A DNA stretch of 64,000 nucleotides from Eledone cirrhosa. Taxonomy: Eukaryota. How positions within the stretch are numbered: the first letter of the stretch is position 1; the number at the start of each line of letters is the position of its first letter. Where the stretch lies: contig OZ024740.1 of the NCBI GenBank assembly GCA_964016885.1, forward strand, positions 341,186,001-341,250,000, read 5' to 3'. The position numbers and the translations under genes are program-made. The notes below the pieces were generated by a model. That model searched no databases. It saw nothing but the letters and a program-made list of their open reading frames with translations, and was not told the DNA's origin. This document shows, in pieces, positions 1-12,347 of this stretch.

Positions 1-380
1 TTATAAAGAGACGATGCCCTCTTTACTTTCCATAGACTAAACGACAGCCAACTAGATGGGATGAGGAAGAGATTAAGATATTTTTTTTAAACAATGCAAA
101 CTAACTTTAGAATTTGACCTCAATACCAGGACAATCAACTTCCTCGACGTGACACTGGACACCTGACTATACCGGCCTTTCCACAAGCCAAACGAGTGCC
201 TTTAGTACATCAATAGAAAATCGAACCACCCTCGTGCCACCATTAACTCCATTGTAAATAGCTTCTCAAACCGAGTTTCCATGCTATCTGCCAATGCAGA
301 AATATTCCACCAGCACATTGAATACTGTAACACCACACTCGCCAGGGCTAGCTACTCAGAGAAGATACAATACGTGGCAG
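1..380 (+). mobile_element. Penelope-like element, degenerate RT C-terminal/thumb fragment
   Basis: Translates across frameshifts as RDDAL...INFLDVTLD...YRPFHKPNE...YINRKSNHPRATINSIVNSFSNRVSMLSANAEIF, matching the PLE FLDV / SNHP thumb motifs. Confidence 0.8.
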
Positions 381-949
381 ATACAGATCCAGCAAAACAC
401 GAAAAACACCCTTCGCCCACTGGCACACTATTATCTAACTCGAAGAGTCCTAAATGGGAACGGGCACACATCCGACCACCAGCCACATGGCTTGTGCTAA
501 CATAGCCCTGACGTGGTGGATAAGACAAGCAGTGCTACTATATACTCTCTGGTAAACTGCAACCCTAATACCAAACTTACCCAGACCCGACTGACAACAT
601 ACACAACTCTTGGGAGACCGCAGTGATACTAAACACATTGGGAACCATTGTGATCGCAACCCACAGAAACAGGTTTAAAGACGCACCAGAATAGTTGATT
701 CCAGTAGAGCGGAAACAAACCGCAACCCCAACACATCTCACATGGAGAGCCATATCAATTTTCAGTTACAAACTGATTAAAATCTGTCAACACTAGTTTT
801 TCACACATCTGCTCTCTCTCTCTTTGAATTTCTTTCTCAACAACAACATTTCACTCCTCCACTTTTTTACCTATATATGTATATGAAAAGTTGTTTTATT
901 CACAATGAAGTGTCATTGAACTTCCACTAGGTCCAAATATATATGTCTA

Positions 950-1280
950 TATATGTTAGTTAGGTGTGTAACTATAGTTACAGGTGGTGTGCCATTCAAA
1001 GCACTCAATGCTGTTAAGAGGTCTGTCTCGTGTGGGTTGTATTCCAGAGTTAAGGCAGCTGTAGTGCACAGAGTGTAAATAGATTAAGTAGAATCGAAGT
1101 CAGTGTTGCAGCATATGTACAAACTTTATTGGCATATTACAATTGTTTTGATATCAATCAGCTCAGGGTACAATCAAAATGACAGGGCCTGACTATTCTT
1201 TGACATCTCGTCAGATATGAGAGTTCATATGTGCAAAGACATATCTAAACTGCTGACGAGGTCCTGGGATCTTTTATATA
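950..1280 (-). mobile_element. Inverted PLE pseudo-LTR (TATA - hammerhead - AATAAA)
   Basis: Minus strand reads TATATAAAAG (1280-1271), hammerhead motif (1219-1133), AATAAA (1130-1125); lies upstream of and opposite to a PLE endonuclease fragment. Confidence 0.6.
1133..1219 (-). ncRNA. Type I hammerhead ribozyme motif (GAAA decayed to AAAA)
   Basis: catat-CTGACGA-gatgtcaa...ttgatatc-AAAA-caattg-TA-atatg: stem I catat/atatg, stem II gatgtcaa/ttgatatc, palindromic helix III, GUA site. Confidence 0.75.
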
Positions 1281-1599
1281 CACTTATTAATGGGTTTTGG
1301 GAGTGTGGGTGGGGGAGGGAGTAGTTAAAAGAATAACAGTAGGTTTACATTTAAAGACCACAAAAAGGGTGAAGGATAAAAAATCTAAAAAATAAAGAAG
1401 GTAAAAAAAAGGTAAAAAAGGGTGGGGGTTAAAAGAGTAACAAAAATAATAAAGCAAGAAATGAAAATGGAAAATAAAAAAATAGAATATAAGGAAATGT
1501 ACGGGTAAAGGGCACAAGTTAAATAACAACAACAACAATGCAAATAATAACAATAATATCACTACCCATAAACCCACAAACGGCTCAAAACCCAGATCA

Positions 1600-1925
1600 T
1601 GCAACTGCCATTATAAGAATGAATGTCCCCTACAGAAAAAATCCCTGGCCAAGAACATATACAAATATGAGGTTGATACTCATAACTTCAGGTACACCTA
1701 CATTGGAGCCACATCCACAACATTCAAGGCCCAACTCTATAACCACACTAACTCCTTCAACGATAAGAACAAACGTTCTTGTACCAGGCTGGGGGATTTG
1801 ATCTGGTGACTCAAAGACACCCAAACCAGGTTCTGGATTCACTGGAGCATAATTAGACATGCCACACCTCACTTCCCAGGCCAAGGAAAGTGCCAACTCT
1901 ATTTAGCGGAAGCCATGGAAATTAA
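1600..1925 (+). mobile_element. Penelope-like GIY-YIG endonuclease remnant
   Basis: CNCHYKNECPLQKK...IYKYEV...YTYIGATSTTFKAQLYNHTNSF...IW*LK...IHWSII...KCQLYLAE, typical PLE Cys motif plus GIY-YIG. Confidence 0.85.
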
Positions 1926-2059
1926 AAAAGAATTCAATAAACTTCAAATCTGAAATTATATTCAGATACAGACTCTCTTCTCAGGTCCTCTGTGCACAAT
2001 GCCCAGGTCTCACTACCATGCAACATTGCTGTTCATATACATGCATTGTACATCCATTG

Positions 2060-3326
2060 TACATGCAAAGTATGGGTGCATAAAAAAAGTAGTGGGATCA
2101 CAGGTAAGCTAACTAAGAATATAGATTTTATATGTGGCCGGTGCTCTGGTGCAATAAGTAGCAGCAAGTGCCCACAGAATACTAGCTCATTCCATTGCAC
2201 AGATGGTTCTATAGAAATAGTGGACACCTTCCGTTACCTGGGTGACAAAATCAGCAGTGGGGGAGGGTGCTCTGAAAGTACAGTAGCTAGAGTCAGAACG
2301 GGATGGAAAAAGTTTAGAAAGCTTATACCACTATTGGCCGCTAAAGGATTCTCTCTAAAAATGAAAGGCAGGCTGTATGATGCCTGTATACGTACAGCAA
2401 TGTTACATGGCAGTGAGACCTGGGCATTGTGTGCAGAGAATATACGCAGACTGGAGAGAAACGAAGCTTGCATGCTTCGCTGGATGTGTAATAATAATAT
2501 ACGTGAATGGCAAAGCATAAACGAACTAAGGGAGAAATTAGGAATAAGAGGGATCAGATGTTGTTTACTCGAGAGAAGACTACGTTGGTACAGTCACGTG
2601 ATGCGCATGAAAGACGACAGCTGTATAAAAAAGTGCAGGGCGATAAAAATAGACGGTAGCCACAGAGTAGGCAGACCCAGAAAAACCTGGGACGACTTGA
2701 TAAATTCCGACCTCACACACTTACACCTCTCCAAGACAATGTCACTGGACCAAGATCTTTGGCGCTACACAGTCATACAGAAGACCCGCCTTGCCTAAGT
2801 ACAAAGCGAAACCTACAGACAGTAGGCACCTCTAACAAAATACACCCCCGTTCCACTACCCCCACCCCATCCACACCCCTCCCTTAAATGTGAAGTTATG
2901 TTGGTACTACAACATCCAGTCCGAAACAAATGAAGTCGTGTAGGTGTCACGACAAAAAAAACACACAGTCCACGCTGTAATGTGGTCATGTAGGTAACAC
3001 GGTAAAAACCTCCCAGTCCACACTGTAAACGTGGTTGGTGTTGGGAAGGGCACCCAGCCGTAGAAAACCCGCCAGATGTGTAGGTGTCACGACAAAAAAA
3101 CACACAGTCCACGCTGTAATGTGGCTGTGTAGGTAACACGGTAAAAACCTCCCAGTCCACACTGTAAACGTGGTTGGTGTTAGGAAGGGCATCCAGCCGT
3201 AGAAAACCCGCCAGACAGTCCTATACGAGTAGAACAACCAATCTTGCCTCAAGTGGGAAAGCTCCCGTCCAAACCCATGCAAGCATGGAAGATGGACGTT
3301 AAACGATGATGATGATGATGATGATG
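2060..3326 (+). mobile_element. RTE LINE, 5'-truncated (RT C-terminus, 3'UTR, (GAT)n tail)
   Basis: ORF 1992-2798 with [27 protein letters not shown]; tail ggacgttaaac(gat)n; bases 1973-2045 are a separate antisense RTE scrap. Confidence 0.95.
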
Positions 3327-4067
3327 TACAGTCTACCCTTCAGTTTAAGAGGAATGAAATGTTGTTTTTGAGAGAAAAAGACAGGGACAGAGAGAGATAG
3401 TGTGTGTGTGTATGTGAAAAACTAGTGTTGACAGATTTGCACTTAAAAGTCTTATTTAACCTATTCTTCTCCTCCTCGTCATCGGGACACAAACCTCAAA
3501 CACTCCTGATGTTATCCAACCATCTTGCTCAGGGGTCTATGACTGTGTCTCCTGCCAGTTGGTTTTGCCCAGTGATTCTTTCCTGGTTATGTTGTTCAAA
3601 TAAATAAAACAATAAATGCTGAAATAATTACAACTATTGGCAATAGATCTAGCAAAGTCCTGGAACCATAGATACCATAGTAATGTATTTTCATAATTTC
3701 TGCTCAACACAAACATATTAAACTATACAAATTTAACTAGGAAATAAGTTTAAATATTTGGAAGCCTGAGAATGCATGAAATTATAAGTGCCAAGGTAAT
3801 AGGAATTAGAGAAAATAGGATAAAAGGACTGAGAAAAGAGTGAGAATGGTAGAATTTTACCTTCGCAGTTTTATTGATCCCAAATACTTTCAGATTTACC
3901 ATCCATTATCAAAGGAAGCCATGGAGAGGGGCTTAGAGAGCAATCTGAGAAGAGTTGTTAATATTAACCAATGTTTTTAAATCACCACACCTTGTTGACT
4001 GACAATATATAAAACGTTCAGGATTAAGATTATAGCTGGCAATTGGGGGATTGAACATATATTTTTC

Positions 4068-4475
4068 ACCGTTAATGCCCATTTTTCCATGTTAGCATGG
4101 GTTAGACAAGTTATCTTGTTGTGAGCAATGCCAGGTCAGGTGATATGTCTTGCTCATACAGAACTGATTTTGGCTTGGCTTTTTACAGATGGATGCCCTT
4201 CCTAGCACCAACCACATTTACAGTGTGTGTTGGGTGCTTTTTATCATGACTCCTACATGACGACTTTACAGTGTGGGCTGGATGCTTTTTGCCATGTCGC
4301 CATCACAATCACTTTACATTGTAGGCGGGGTGCTTTTTGCCATGTCGCTATCACGACTACTTTTCATTGTGGGCTGGGTGCTTTTTGTTGTGTCGCAACC
4401 ACGACCACTTTACATTGTGGGCTGGGTGCTTTTTGTTGTGTCACCACCATGACCACTTTACATTGTGGACAGGAG
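4068..4475 (-). repeat. RTE 3'-end derived fragment with a 48-bp tandem repeat (~5.5 copies)
   Basis: ctttaca-like anchor recurs at 4264, 4312, 4360, 4408, 4456; unit matches the RTE 3'UTR module. Confidence 0.85.
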
Positions 4476-5870
4476 GCTTCACTAGGGAACATGTTTTTCA
4501 CCCAAGTGTAAGGCTTGTGTATATAAATTCATCACAGGTGTGTTTGTTTTGTAGCAGAATCAAATTTTGCTTAAGCAACTGTTCTGTGCGAGATATCATC
4601 ACTGTATATTTATTTACAATGATAATATTCATAGAAACTAAGTATCAACATAACCATCCCACCATATATTCTCCATTATTTGCCTGTGTGCATATGTGTG
4701 TGTGTATACATGTGTGTGTGTGTGTGTTTGTGTACATGTGTATGTACACAAAGACTTCTTGCCTGTACCAACCAACTAACCAACCAATGTAACTAGTTTC
4801 TCAAAAAGCAAAAATTATTTTATCATGTTGATGTTTGTTTTTGTATCTTTCTTTTCTTTTGTCCAGGCTTGAACATTATATAAGTATCTATGACATTCAA
4901 ACATGTGCAATGTTGTCATGTATGTTATGGACAAAATCTATAGCTCAACAACTTCAACAACCTCCACATTCTCCAAAACCAGATAAAGAGAATATACCCC
5001 CAAATGTAAGTGTCTCTCCTATTTCTCATCCATCTTGATATTGTGGTAGACAGAATGTCTTCCTATCTCTAACAGTGGATCAAAGTATTGTTATGGCAGT
5101 GAACCATCCATGAGATCATTTCAATGTATTTATTTAAAAGATGTAGCTTTAGCTATTGTATGATATATAGTAATATATAAAACTGCTATGTGAGAGATGC
5201 TGAGTAAGAGTAGTGGAAGGGGTGAGTTTGGGCTTTCTCCTCACAGCAGGCAGATACTGTCGAAAGATAGAGCCACCAGGCCCATGCAAAGCTGGTGAGA
5301 GACCCACACTAAATGTAAAATGTTGGCTCCCTCAAAATCTGGTAATAGACCAGGTCATGTGAAAGGAGGCCCTATTTCAAACCTCTTGATTTTAATCATC
5401 AGTGCTATATACAAGATTTAGATAAATGTACAAGTAGTATATATGCTGTGATGATGTGTTTACAAATAACAGCAAAGAATAAAAAAAACGTAAAATTTGA
5501 AGTGTATGTAGGCCTCCTCAAAACCATAGCTCTATGCCTCATGTCTTCCCCTCATCAGAAACTGGCCTATGTGTAATAGTATATCGCGAGGTGGAAGTAA
5601 GTGTGCTGGAGTAATAGCTAGTTAATAGAACAGCAAAAGACGAGTTCCTATTCAAAAATGTTGTCACACTAAAAGCCACAATGATTTTGTAAAACCTTAA
5701 TCACTAGTTTCAGCTGACTTGTCTCTAGCAGTAAAATTACTCTGTAGCTTTCTTCCAAATATTTTGTCTAAAATATGGTATTTTTAATATGCATTTATAT
5801 TTATCACATTAATTAATGTTTTATCGAAATGTTGTTGATAACTATGTTTATGCTTATAGGTTGCATGTAA

Positions 5871-5901
<31 letters not shown>

Positions 5902-5933
5902 GTATGTATGTATGTATATATATATATATATAT

Positions 5934-6115
5934 ATAGGAACAAGTAAGACCCCGACGGCTGAGCTCAAGCCGTTTCGACGGCTAATTAGCCGTCGAAACG
6001 GCTTGATCTCAGCCGTCGGGGTCTTACTTGTTCCTATTACCCACTCTACTACCCTAAGTATTGAGTACTTTGGTGCGTTATGGTCCACCTGGTTCCTTAC
6101 CACATTTCCTTCGTT
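5934..6115. mobile_element. Fold-back element family A (104-bp palindrome 5934-6037 plus ~80-bp tail) in (TA)n
   Basis: Near-perfect palindrome centred at 5985/5986; arms contain GAAAC-ggct..agcc-GTC-ggggtc (hammerhead 3' half); same family at 13335. Confidence 0.85.
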
Positions 6116-6242
6116 ATATATATATATATATATATATACATACATACATGTGTGTATATACATATATATATATATATACATACATGTGTATATATATATA
6201 TATATATATACATACATGTGTATATATATATACATACATGTG

Positions 6243-6306
<64 letters not shown>

Positions 6307-6309
<3 letters not shown>

Positions 6310-6943
6310 TGGCTGCCAACTCGTTTTCGAGTACGGCCACTACTTTACATCCATGTAGGATAACCCCTACCGAAGCGCTGAACGAGTGTGACTTTTTAGT
6401 CCAGCCAGCGACTTGAAACCTCTGGTACAAACACTACACCTGTGACAACCATTGACACATAGTGCTGGGCCCATGGTAGGACAACCATTGACACATAGTG
6501 CTGGGCCCATGTGAGGACAAGTGCAGAGAGATCTCCAGATATAAAGCAATGCCTGTGCCGTGAAGCTTTTATAGTGAGCAAAGGCACTGCACAAAGCCAG
6601 TCCCACTCTCTTAACCAAGATGATATTTACCAAAAAGAAGAACAAGTCAACATCATTGGATACCATCAGGGTTGCAGGTGTTATATCAGAGTTTTCCTTC
6701 TCCTAGAATTCTGCCTTGACAAAGGCTAAGGGGTCATCTCTCCCGGTGATTTTGGATGGCCATTGACTCTTAAGAGCTCCTTTGCCCTTTGACAGGTTTT
6801 GTTTTTAGTCCTGCAGGATGTCCAAAGTCACCCTCCTCACCAAGAAACCTTGGTGGGGTTGCCAGTTTAGTCGCCAACGACCCGACCATGAGACAGGTTG
6901 TACTGGGATACATGTTACCAGTAGCACCAACTGGTGACCTGAC
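6307..6943 (-). mobile_element. Bipartite non-autonomous RTE derivative (RTE 5'UTR fused to C2H2/3' end), (TA)n tail
   Basis: RTE 5'UTR motif ctaggagaaggaaaactctga; 3' part encodes [20 protein letters not shown]; terminal stem-loop gtggc..actcg-aaaa-cgagt..gccac; second copy at 37345. Confidence 0.75.
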
Positions 6944-7014
6944 ATATATATATATACATACATACATGTGTATATATATATATATGTCTATACATGTGTA
7001 TATGTATATATATC

Positions 7015-7300
7015 TCTTTTATCTGTTCCAGCCATCCGGCTGGGGCCATGCTGGGGCACCGCCCTTGTTGCTACACATTTCATCTCCAGCCTGTATTGGT
7101 TGGTTACTGGTGCAAGAGGGAGTTCATTGCTGCTGCCCTTAGGTTTCCCTCATGCCTTGCTGTGGGCTCATCCAGGATCCTGGATAGCAAGGTGTCGAGA
7201 TGTTTCTTGAAGACATCCACACCATGCAGATCTCTCAGATCCCTCGGCAGCTTGTTGACGAGTTGAGGGCCCTTGAACCCCAGGCTATTGCAGTATCTGC
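7015..7300 (-). mobile_element. CR1-group LINE 3' end
   Basis: YCNSLGFKGPQLVNKLPRDLRDLHGVDVFKKHLDTLLSRILDEP...RAAAMNSLLHQ, then the 3' tail ggcggtgccccagcatggcc also seen near 57340-57390. Confidence 0.75.
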
Positions 7301-7361
7301 TCCTTATTCTCTATGTATATATTTATATGTAAGTATATATATATGTATATATATATGTATA

Positions 7362-10300
7362 TGAGGTGTGTCAGAAAAGTTCCAGGACTGATGTCACAAA
7401 AGATTTATTTCAAACCCAAACTTCACACTAAGAATTTTCTCCTTCAAAGCAATCCCCTTGGAGTCTAATGCACTTTTCCATCCTTTTCTGCCACGCTTGC
7501 ATGCGCTCCTGGAAGGATTCTTCCAGGATCCTCCGCAGTTCCATCGTCACGGCCTTTTGGATGTCGTCCACGTCTTCAAAACGTTTGGTTTCCGGGTCGT
7601 ACTCGAAGATCCATGACTCATCACCGGTGATGACTGTCCTTAGCAAGTCTGGTTCAGTTTCAAGATGCTCGAGGATGTCCTGGCACACTTGCGTGCGTCG
7701 ACCCTTCTGGTCATCGTTCAGCAGTTTTGGCACCATCTTCACGCAGACTTTCCGCATGTCCAAATCTTCAGTGAGAATCTTCCAGACGCTGTCCCGATTC
7801 ATGCCCAGCTCATTTGCCATCAGTCGAACAGTCAGTCGATGATCGCTACGCACCATCTGCCTGACGTGCTCAACGTTGACCTCAGTCCTGGTTGTTGAGG
7901 GCCTTCCACTCCTGGGGTCATCTTCCACGTCCTCGCGTCCTTCTTTAAACCTCTTGCACCTCTCAAAAACACGTCAGCGTGACATCGTCTCATCTCCATA
8001 CACTTGCTGCAACACTCCCAGTGCTTCATCATCATCATCACCGTTTTACGTCCGTTCTTCCACGCTAGCATGGGTTAGATGGGTTGTCCTGTTGTGGGCA
8101 GTGTCTGGTCGGCTGACCATGCCTTGCTCATACAGGAACTGATTTGGCTTGATTTCTACAGCTGGATGCCCTTCCTAACACCAACCTCATTTACAGTGAG
8201 TGCTGGGTGCTTTTTCGTGGCGCCTACACGTCCACTTTACAGTGTGGGCTGGGTGCTTTTTTGCCGTGGCGCCTCCACGACCACCTTGCGGTGGGGGGTG
8301 TGGGGGCATATTGTCTATATGCTTCAGCTTGTACCCATGGGAGGTCGGGTACTCTGTATTACTGCGTGACGCCAGAGGTCACGGGTGTGTGTCATTGCCT
8401 TTGAGAGGTGTAATTGGGTAAGGTCGGCTTTTATCACCTCATCCCAGGTCATCTTGGGTCTCCCCACTCCGCGGTTTCCATCGACTTCTAGTGCTCTGCA
8501 CCTTTTTATGCAGCTGTCATCCTTCATACGCATCACATGTCCATACCAGCGCAACCGTCTCTCCTGCACACGGCATTTGATTCATCTTATGCTTAGTCTC
8601 TCTCTCAATTCATTTATGCTTTGTCGTTCACGTATATTACTGTTACACATCCATCGGAGCATGCAGGCTCCGTTTCTCTCTAATCTACGTAAGTCTTCCA
8701 CCTTCAGCGCCCTGGTCTCACTACCATACAACATCGCTGTTCGGATACACGCATCATACAGTCTGCCTTTCATTCTGAGGGAGAAGCCTTTTGCAGCTAG
8801 CAGTGGTAGTAGTTCCCTAAACTTCTTCCATCCCGTTCTTACCCTAGTTATTGTACTTTCTGAACACCCACCTCCGCTGCTAATTCGGTCACCTAGGTAG
8901 CAGAAGCTGCCTACTGTTTCTACAGAGCCCTCCCAGAGATTGGTGGTACTTGTTTCCTGTGGCTGTTTGCTGCTTGCTGTCCCAGCACAGCTGCTGCATG
9001 TGAAGCCTACATTCTTAATTAAGCTTCCTGAGATCCCGCTACATCTCTTGTGTACCCATTGTTTGCATTTGGGGCAGAGAATGGAGTTCTTACCTACACC
9101 TTTCCTACATACTGAGCAAGGCCATTTCCCTGAGGGGATCTGGGTTCTGTTTTCTCGTCTACTTACAAGGACCTTAGTCTTTGTCATGTTGACTTTGAGA
9201 CCCTTTCTTTCTAGTTCCTGCTTCCAAGTTTGGAATTTCTTCTCTAGTTCTACCATAGATTTAGCTATGAGTGCGAGGTCATCAGCATACAGGAGTTCCC
9301 ATGGGCATCCGGTCTTAAACTCCTCCGTTATTGCCTGCAGGACTATGATGAACAGGAGGGGGCTAAGAACAGAGCCCTGGTGGACACCAACCTGTACGCT
9401 AAATTCCTCGCTATACTCATTGCTAATCCTAACCTTGCTGACTGCTCCCCTATACATGGCTTGTACCGCTTTCACAAGCCATTCATCTACTCCTAGTTTT
9501 CTAAGAGCCCACCAGATTACAGCACGTGGAACTCTGTCAAAGGCTTTCTCAAGGTCGACAAATGCCAAGTAGAGTGGCTTACTTTTAGCTAGGTACTTTT
9601 CCTGTAACTGCCTCACAAGGAAGAGGGCATCAGTGGTGCCTCTTCCTGGTACAAACCCAAATTGCATCTCGTCTATTTTTACCCGGTCCCTAATCAACTG
9701 TGCTATAACTCTTTCTGTTACTTTCATGACCTGGTCCATCAACTTTATACCTCTATAGTTTCCTCTATCTAGTGCATCGCCTTTACCTTTGTAGCAGTTG
9801 ACAATGATGCTACTGCACCAATCTTTTGGTATGACACCTTCTAGTATTACCTGGTTAACAATACGTGTGGTTATAGTGTGACCTACAGACCCAGATGCCT
9901 TCAGCATCTCGGCAGCTCTACCCGATGGACCGGTTGCCTTCCCCATCTTCATATCTTTGATTGCTTTACTTACTACGTTGCTGCTGACTTGTACTGCTGG
10001 CCCCTCTATAGGGTCTACTTGGGGTAGGGTCTCTTCTTCCCATGCATTCTCCTCATTTAGTAATCTATCATAATGACTCTTCCATGCATCTTTCTTCTTA
10101 GCACTTGTGAGGGCAAGCTCACCTTTATCATTCTGGATACACTTCTCTCTAATGACATCACAACTATCTCTGACACACTGCCTCGCAATCTTGAATACCT
10201 CCTGTTTCTGGACCTCATGTTGCACAACATGCTTGAATTTTCTATCATCTGCTTCCCAAGTCACTCTCCTCCTGCTTGAGGTCTTACTCTAGCCACAGAC

Positions 10301-11512
10301 CTCATCCGTCGCCTCTAGTAAATTATTTTTTAGGAACTCCCAGTTCTCTTCTACATTAAATGTCTCTATCTGTTCTTCTTTACTGTCGTAGGCGTTGAGT
10401 AAAATATCTTTAAATCTGTTACTGGTTGAAGGGACTTTCAGCTTCCAGATCTTTCTTCTCCAGGTTGGCCTCTGTTTCCAGGTTCGTCTAGTTCTGACCG
10501 TGAGGTCGCTGACAACTAAGCTATGTTGGGATGTACATTCCTCACTAGGGAAGGCTTTTGTGTTTACGACCCTCCATCTGTCACGTCCTCTGATGAGGAT
10601 AAAATCTATCTGACTGGAGTGCTCCCCTGATCTATAGGTGATCAGTGGTTGTCGGGTTTTTTAAAGTTTGTGTTACATATCGACATGTCATTGGCGTCGC
10701 AGAATTCTAGAAGTCTGAATCCTTCCTCATTTCTTGTGCCAACCCCATGGCCTCCATGTACTCTATTGAAGCCGTCGCAGTGTTTACCTACGTGTCCGTT
10801 AAAATCTCCTGCGATTATTAGGAAGTCATTGTCGTCTGTTAGAGCAGTAGTGTGCATTAGGGACTCGTAAAACCTATCCTTAAGTTCGTCTGGCAGCCCC
10901 GATTGGGGTGCGTAAGCTGATATTATTGTGGTAATTGTTTTATTCAGGACTAGTCTGAGTTTAATGATTCTTGCATTTACCCTGTACACTGAGATTACTT
11001 TATCTACCCATTTGTCAGCTAGTATACCACACCAGTATACCTACACCACCCATCCCATCGTCATTTCCCACCCAGAAAAATTTGTAGCACCGACTTTTTC
11101 CTACCAGGACTCTGGCAGACTCTCCTCTCCATCTAGTCTCTTGCACACAGCATACATCAATTTCCTTTCGCTCTAGCATTTCTACGATTTCTCCTGCTCT
11201 TCCTTTCATTGAGCCTACATTGATGGTACCAACTCGGAGTTTTGGGCATTCGTCGACACTCGTAGAGGGGGTTCCCCAGCCGTACCAGAAACTTCAAGTT
11301 TGTTCATTGCTCTGTGCTCATTTCTTGATGACCTGAAACAGAGGACATGTATATAAAATTATGAAGAAAAAAGTTTGATCGCTGCAGAGAGCTAAGATTA
11401 CAGTTACATACTCCAGGGGGATTACTTTGAAGGAGAAAACTCTTACTGTGAAGTTTGGGTTTGAAAATAATCTTTTGTGACATCAGTCCTGGAACTTTTC
11501 TGACACACCTCG
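7362..11512 (-). mobile_element. Mariner (Tc1/mariner) DNA transposon, internally deleted and split by an RTE
   Basis: TIRs (c/t)gaggtgtgtcagaaaagttccaggactg at both ends with TA flanks; transposase N-terminus at 11322-11263 (MSTEQ*TNLKFLVRLG) continues at 8025-7428 (EDDPRSGRPST, ITGDESW); later catalytic Asp region is missing. Confidence 0.95.
8026..11262 (-). mobile_element. RTE LINE, near full-length ORF (APE endonuclease plus RT), frameshifted
   Basis: ORFs 11015-11209, 10642-10989 (QET, AYAPQ, GDFN) and 8582-10264 ([25 protein letters not shown]); (GAT)n tail at 8026-8041. Confidence 0.97.
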
Positions 11513-11678
11513 TATATGTATATATATGTATATATGTATATGTATGTATATATATGTATGTATTTATATGTATGTATATATATGTATATATGTATGTATA
11601 TATATATGTATGTATATATATGTATATATGTATGTATAAGTATGTATATATTTATATGTATGTATATATATATATGTA

Positions 11679-11719
<41 letters not shown>

Positions 11720-11726
11720 GCGTATA

Positions 11727-11925
11727 TGTAGGCAACACGGTAAAAACCTCCCAGACCCACTGTAAATGTGGTTGGTGTTAGGAAGGGCATCCAACTGTAG
11801 AAAACCTGCCAGATAGTCCTATGCGAGCAAGACAATCACTCTTGCCTCAAGTGGGACTACCCCCGTCCAAACCCATGCAAGCGTGGAACACGGACGTTAA
11901 ACGTTGATGATGATGATGATGATGA
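11727..11925 (+). mobile_element. RTE 3'-end fragment
   Basis: Matches the 3'UTR of 2060-3326; (GAT)n tail. Confidence 0.9.
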
Positions 11926-12117
11926 TATATATATATATGTATATATTTATATGTATATATTTATATGTATATATTTATATGTATATGTATATATATATAT
12001 GTATATGTATATGTATATATATATGTAGATATATATGTGTATATATGTATATATATGTATATGTGTATGTATATATATGTGTATGTATGTATATGTGTAT
12101 ATATATGTGTGTGTATG

Positions 12118-12149
<32 letters not shown>

Positions 12150-12347
12150 TGTATATGTGTATATATATATATGTGTATGTATGTATATATATATGTATGT
12201 ATGTATATATATATATGTATATATATATGTATATATATATATGTTTATATATATGTGTGTATATATATATGTATATATATATATGTATATATATGTGTAT
12301 GTATATATATATATATGTGTATATATATATATGTATATATATGTGTA

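Noticed and set aside
4213-4470. CRISPR-like array or repetitive Cys/His peptide ORF (4227-4511)
   Set aside because: Contiguous 48-bp tandem units with no unique spacers, derived from the RTE 3'UTR, in a eukaryotic context.
6855-6943. HDV-like ribozyme at the 5' end of the bipartite RTE derivative (CTAA before a P2-like aactgg)
   Set aside because: P1, P3 and P1.1 could not be assigned consistently by eye; kept only as a structured 5' end.
8385-9572. Antisense ORFs overlapping RTE RT (also 23760-24912, 38987-40132)
   Set aside because: Shadow frames of the LINE ORF, recurring only because the copies are homologous.
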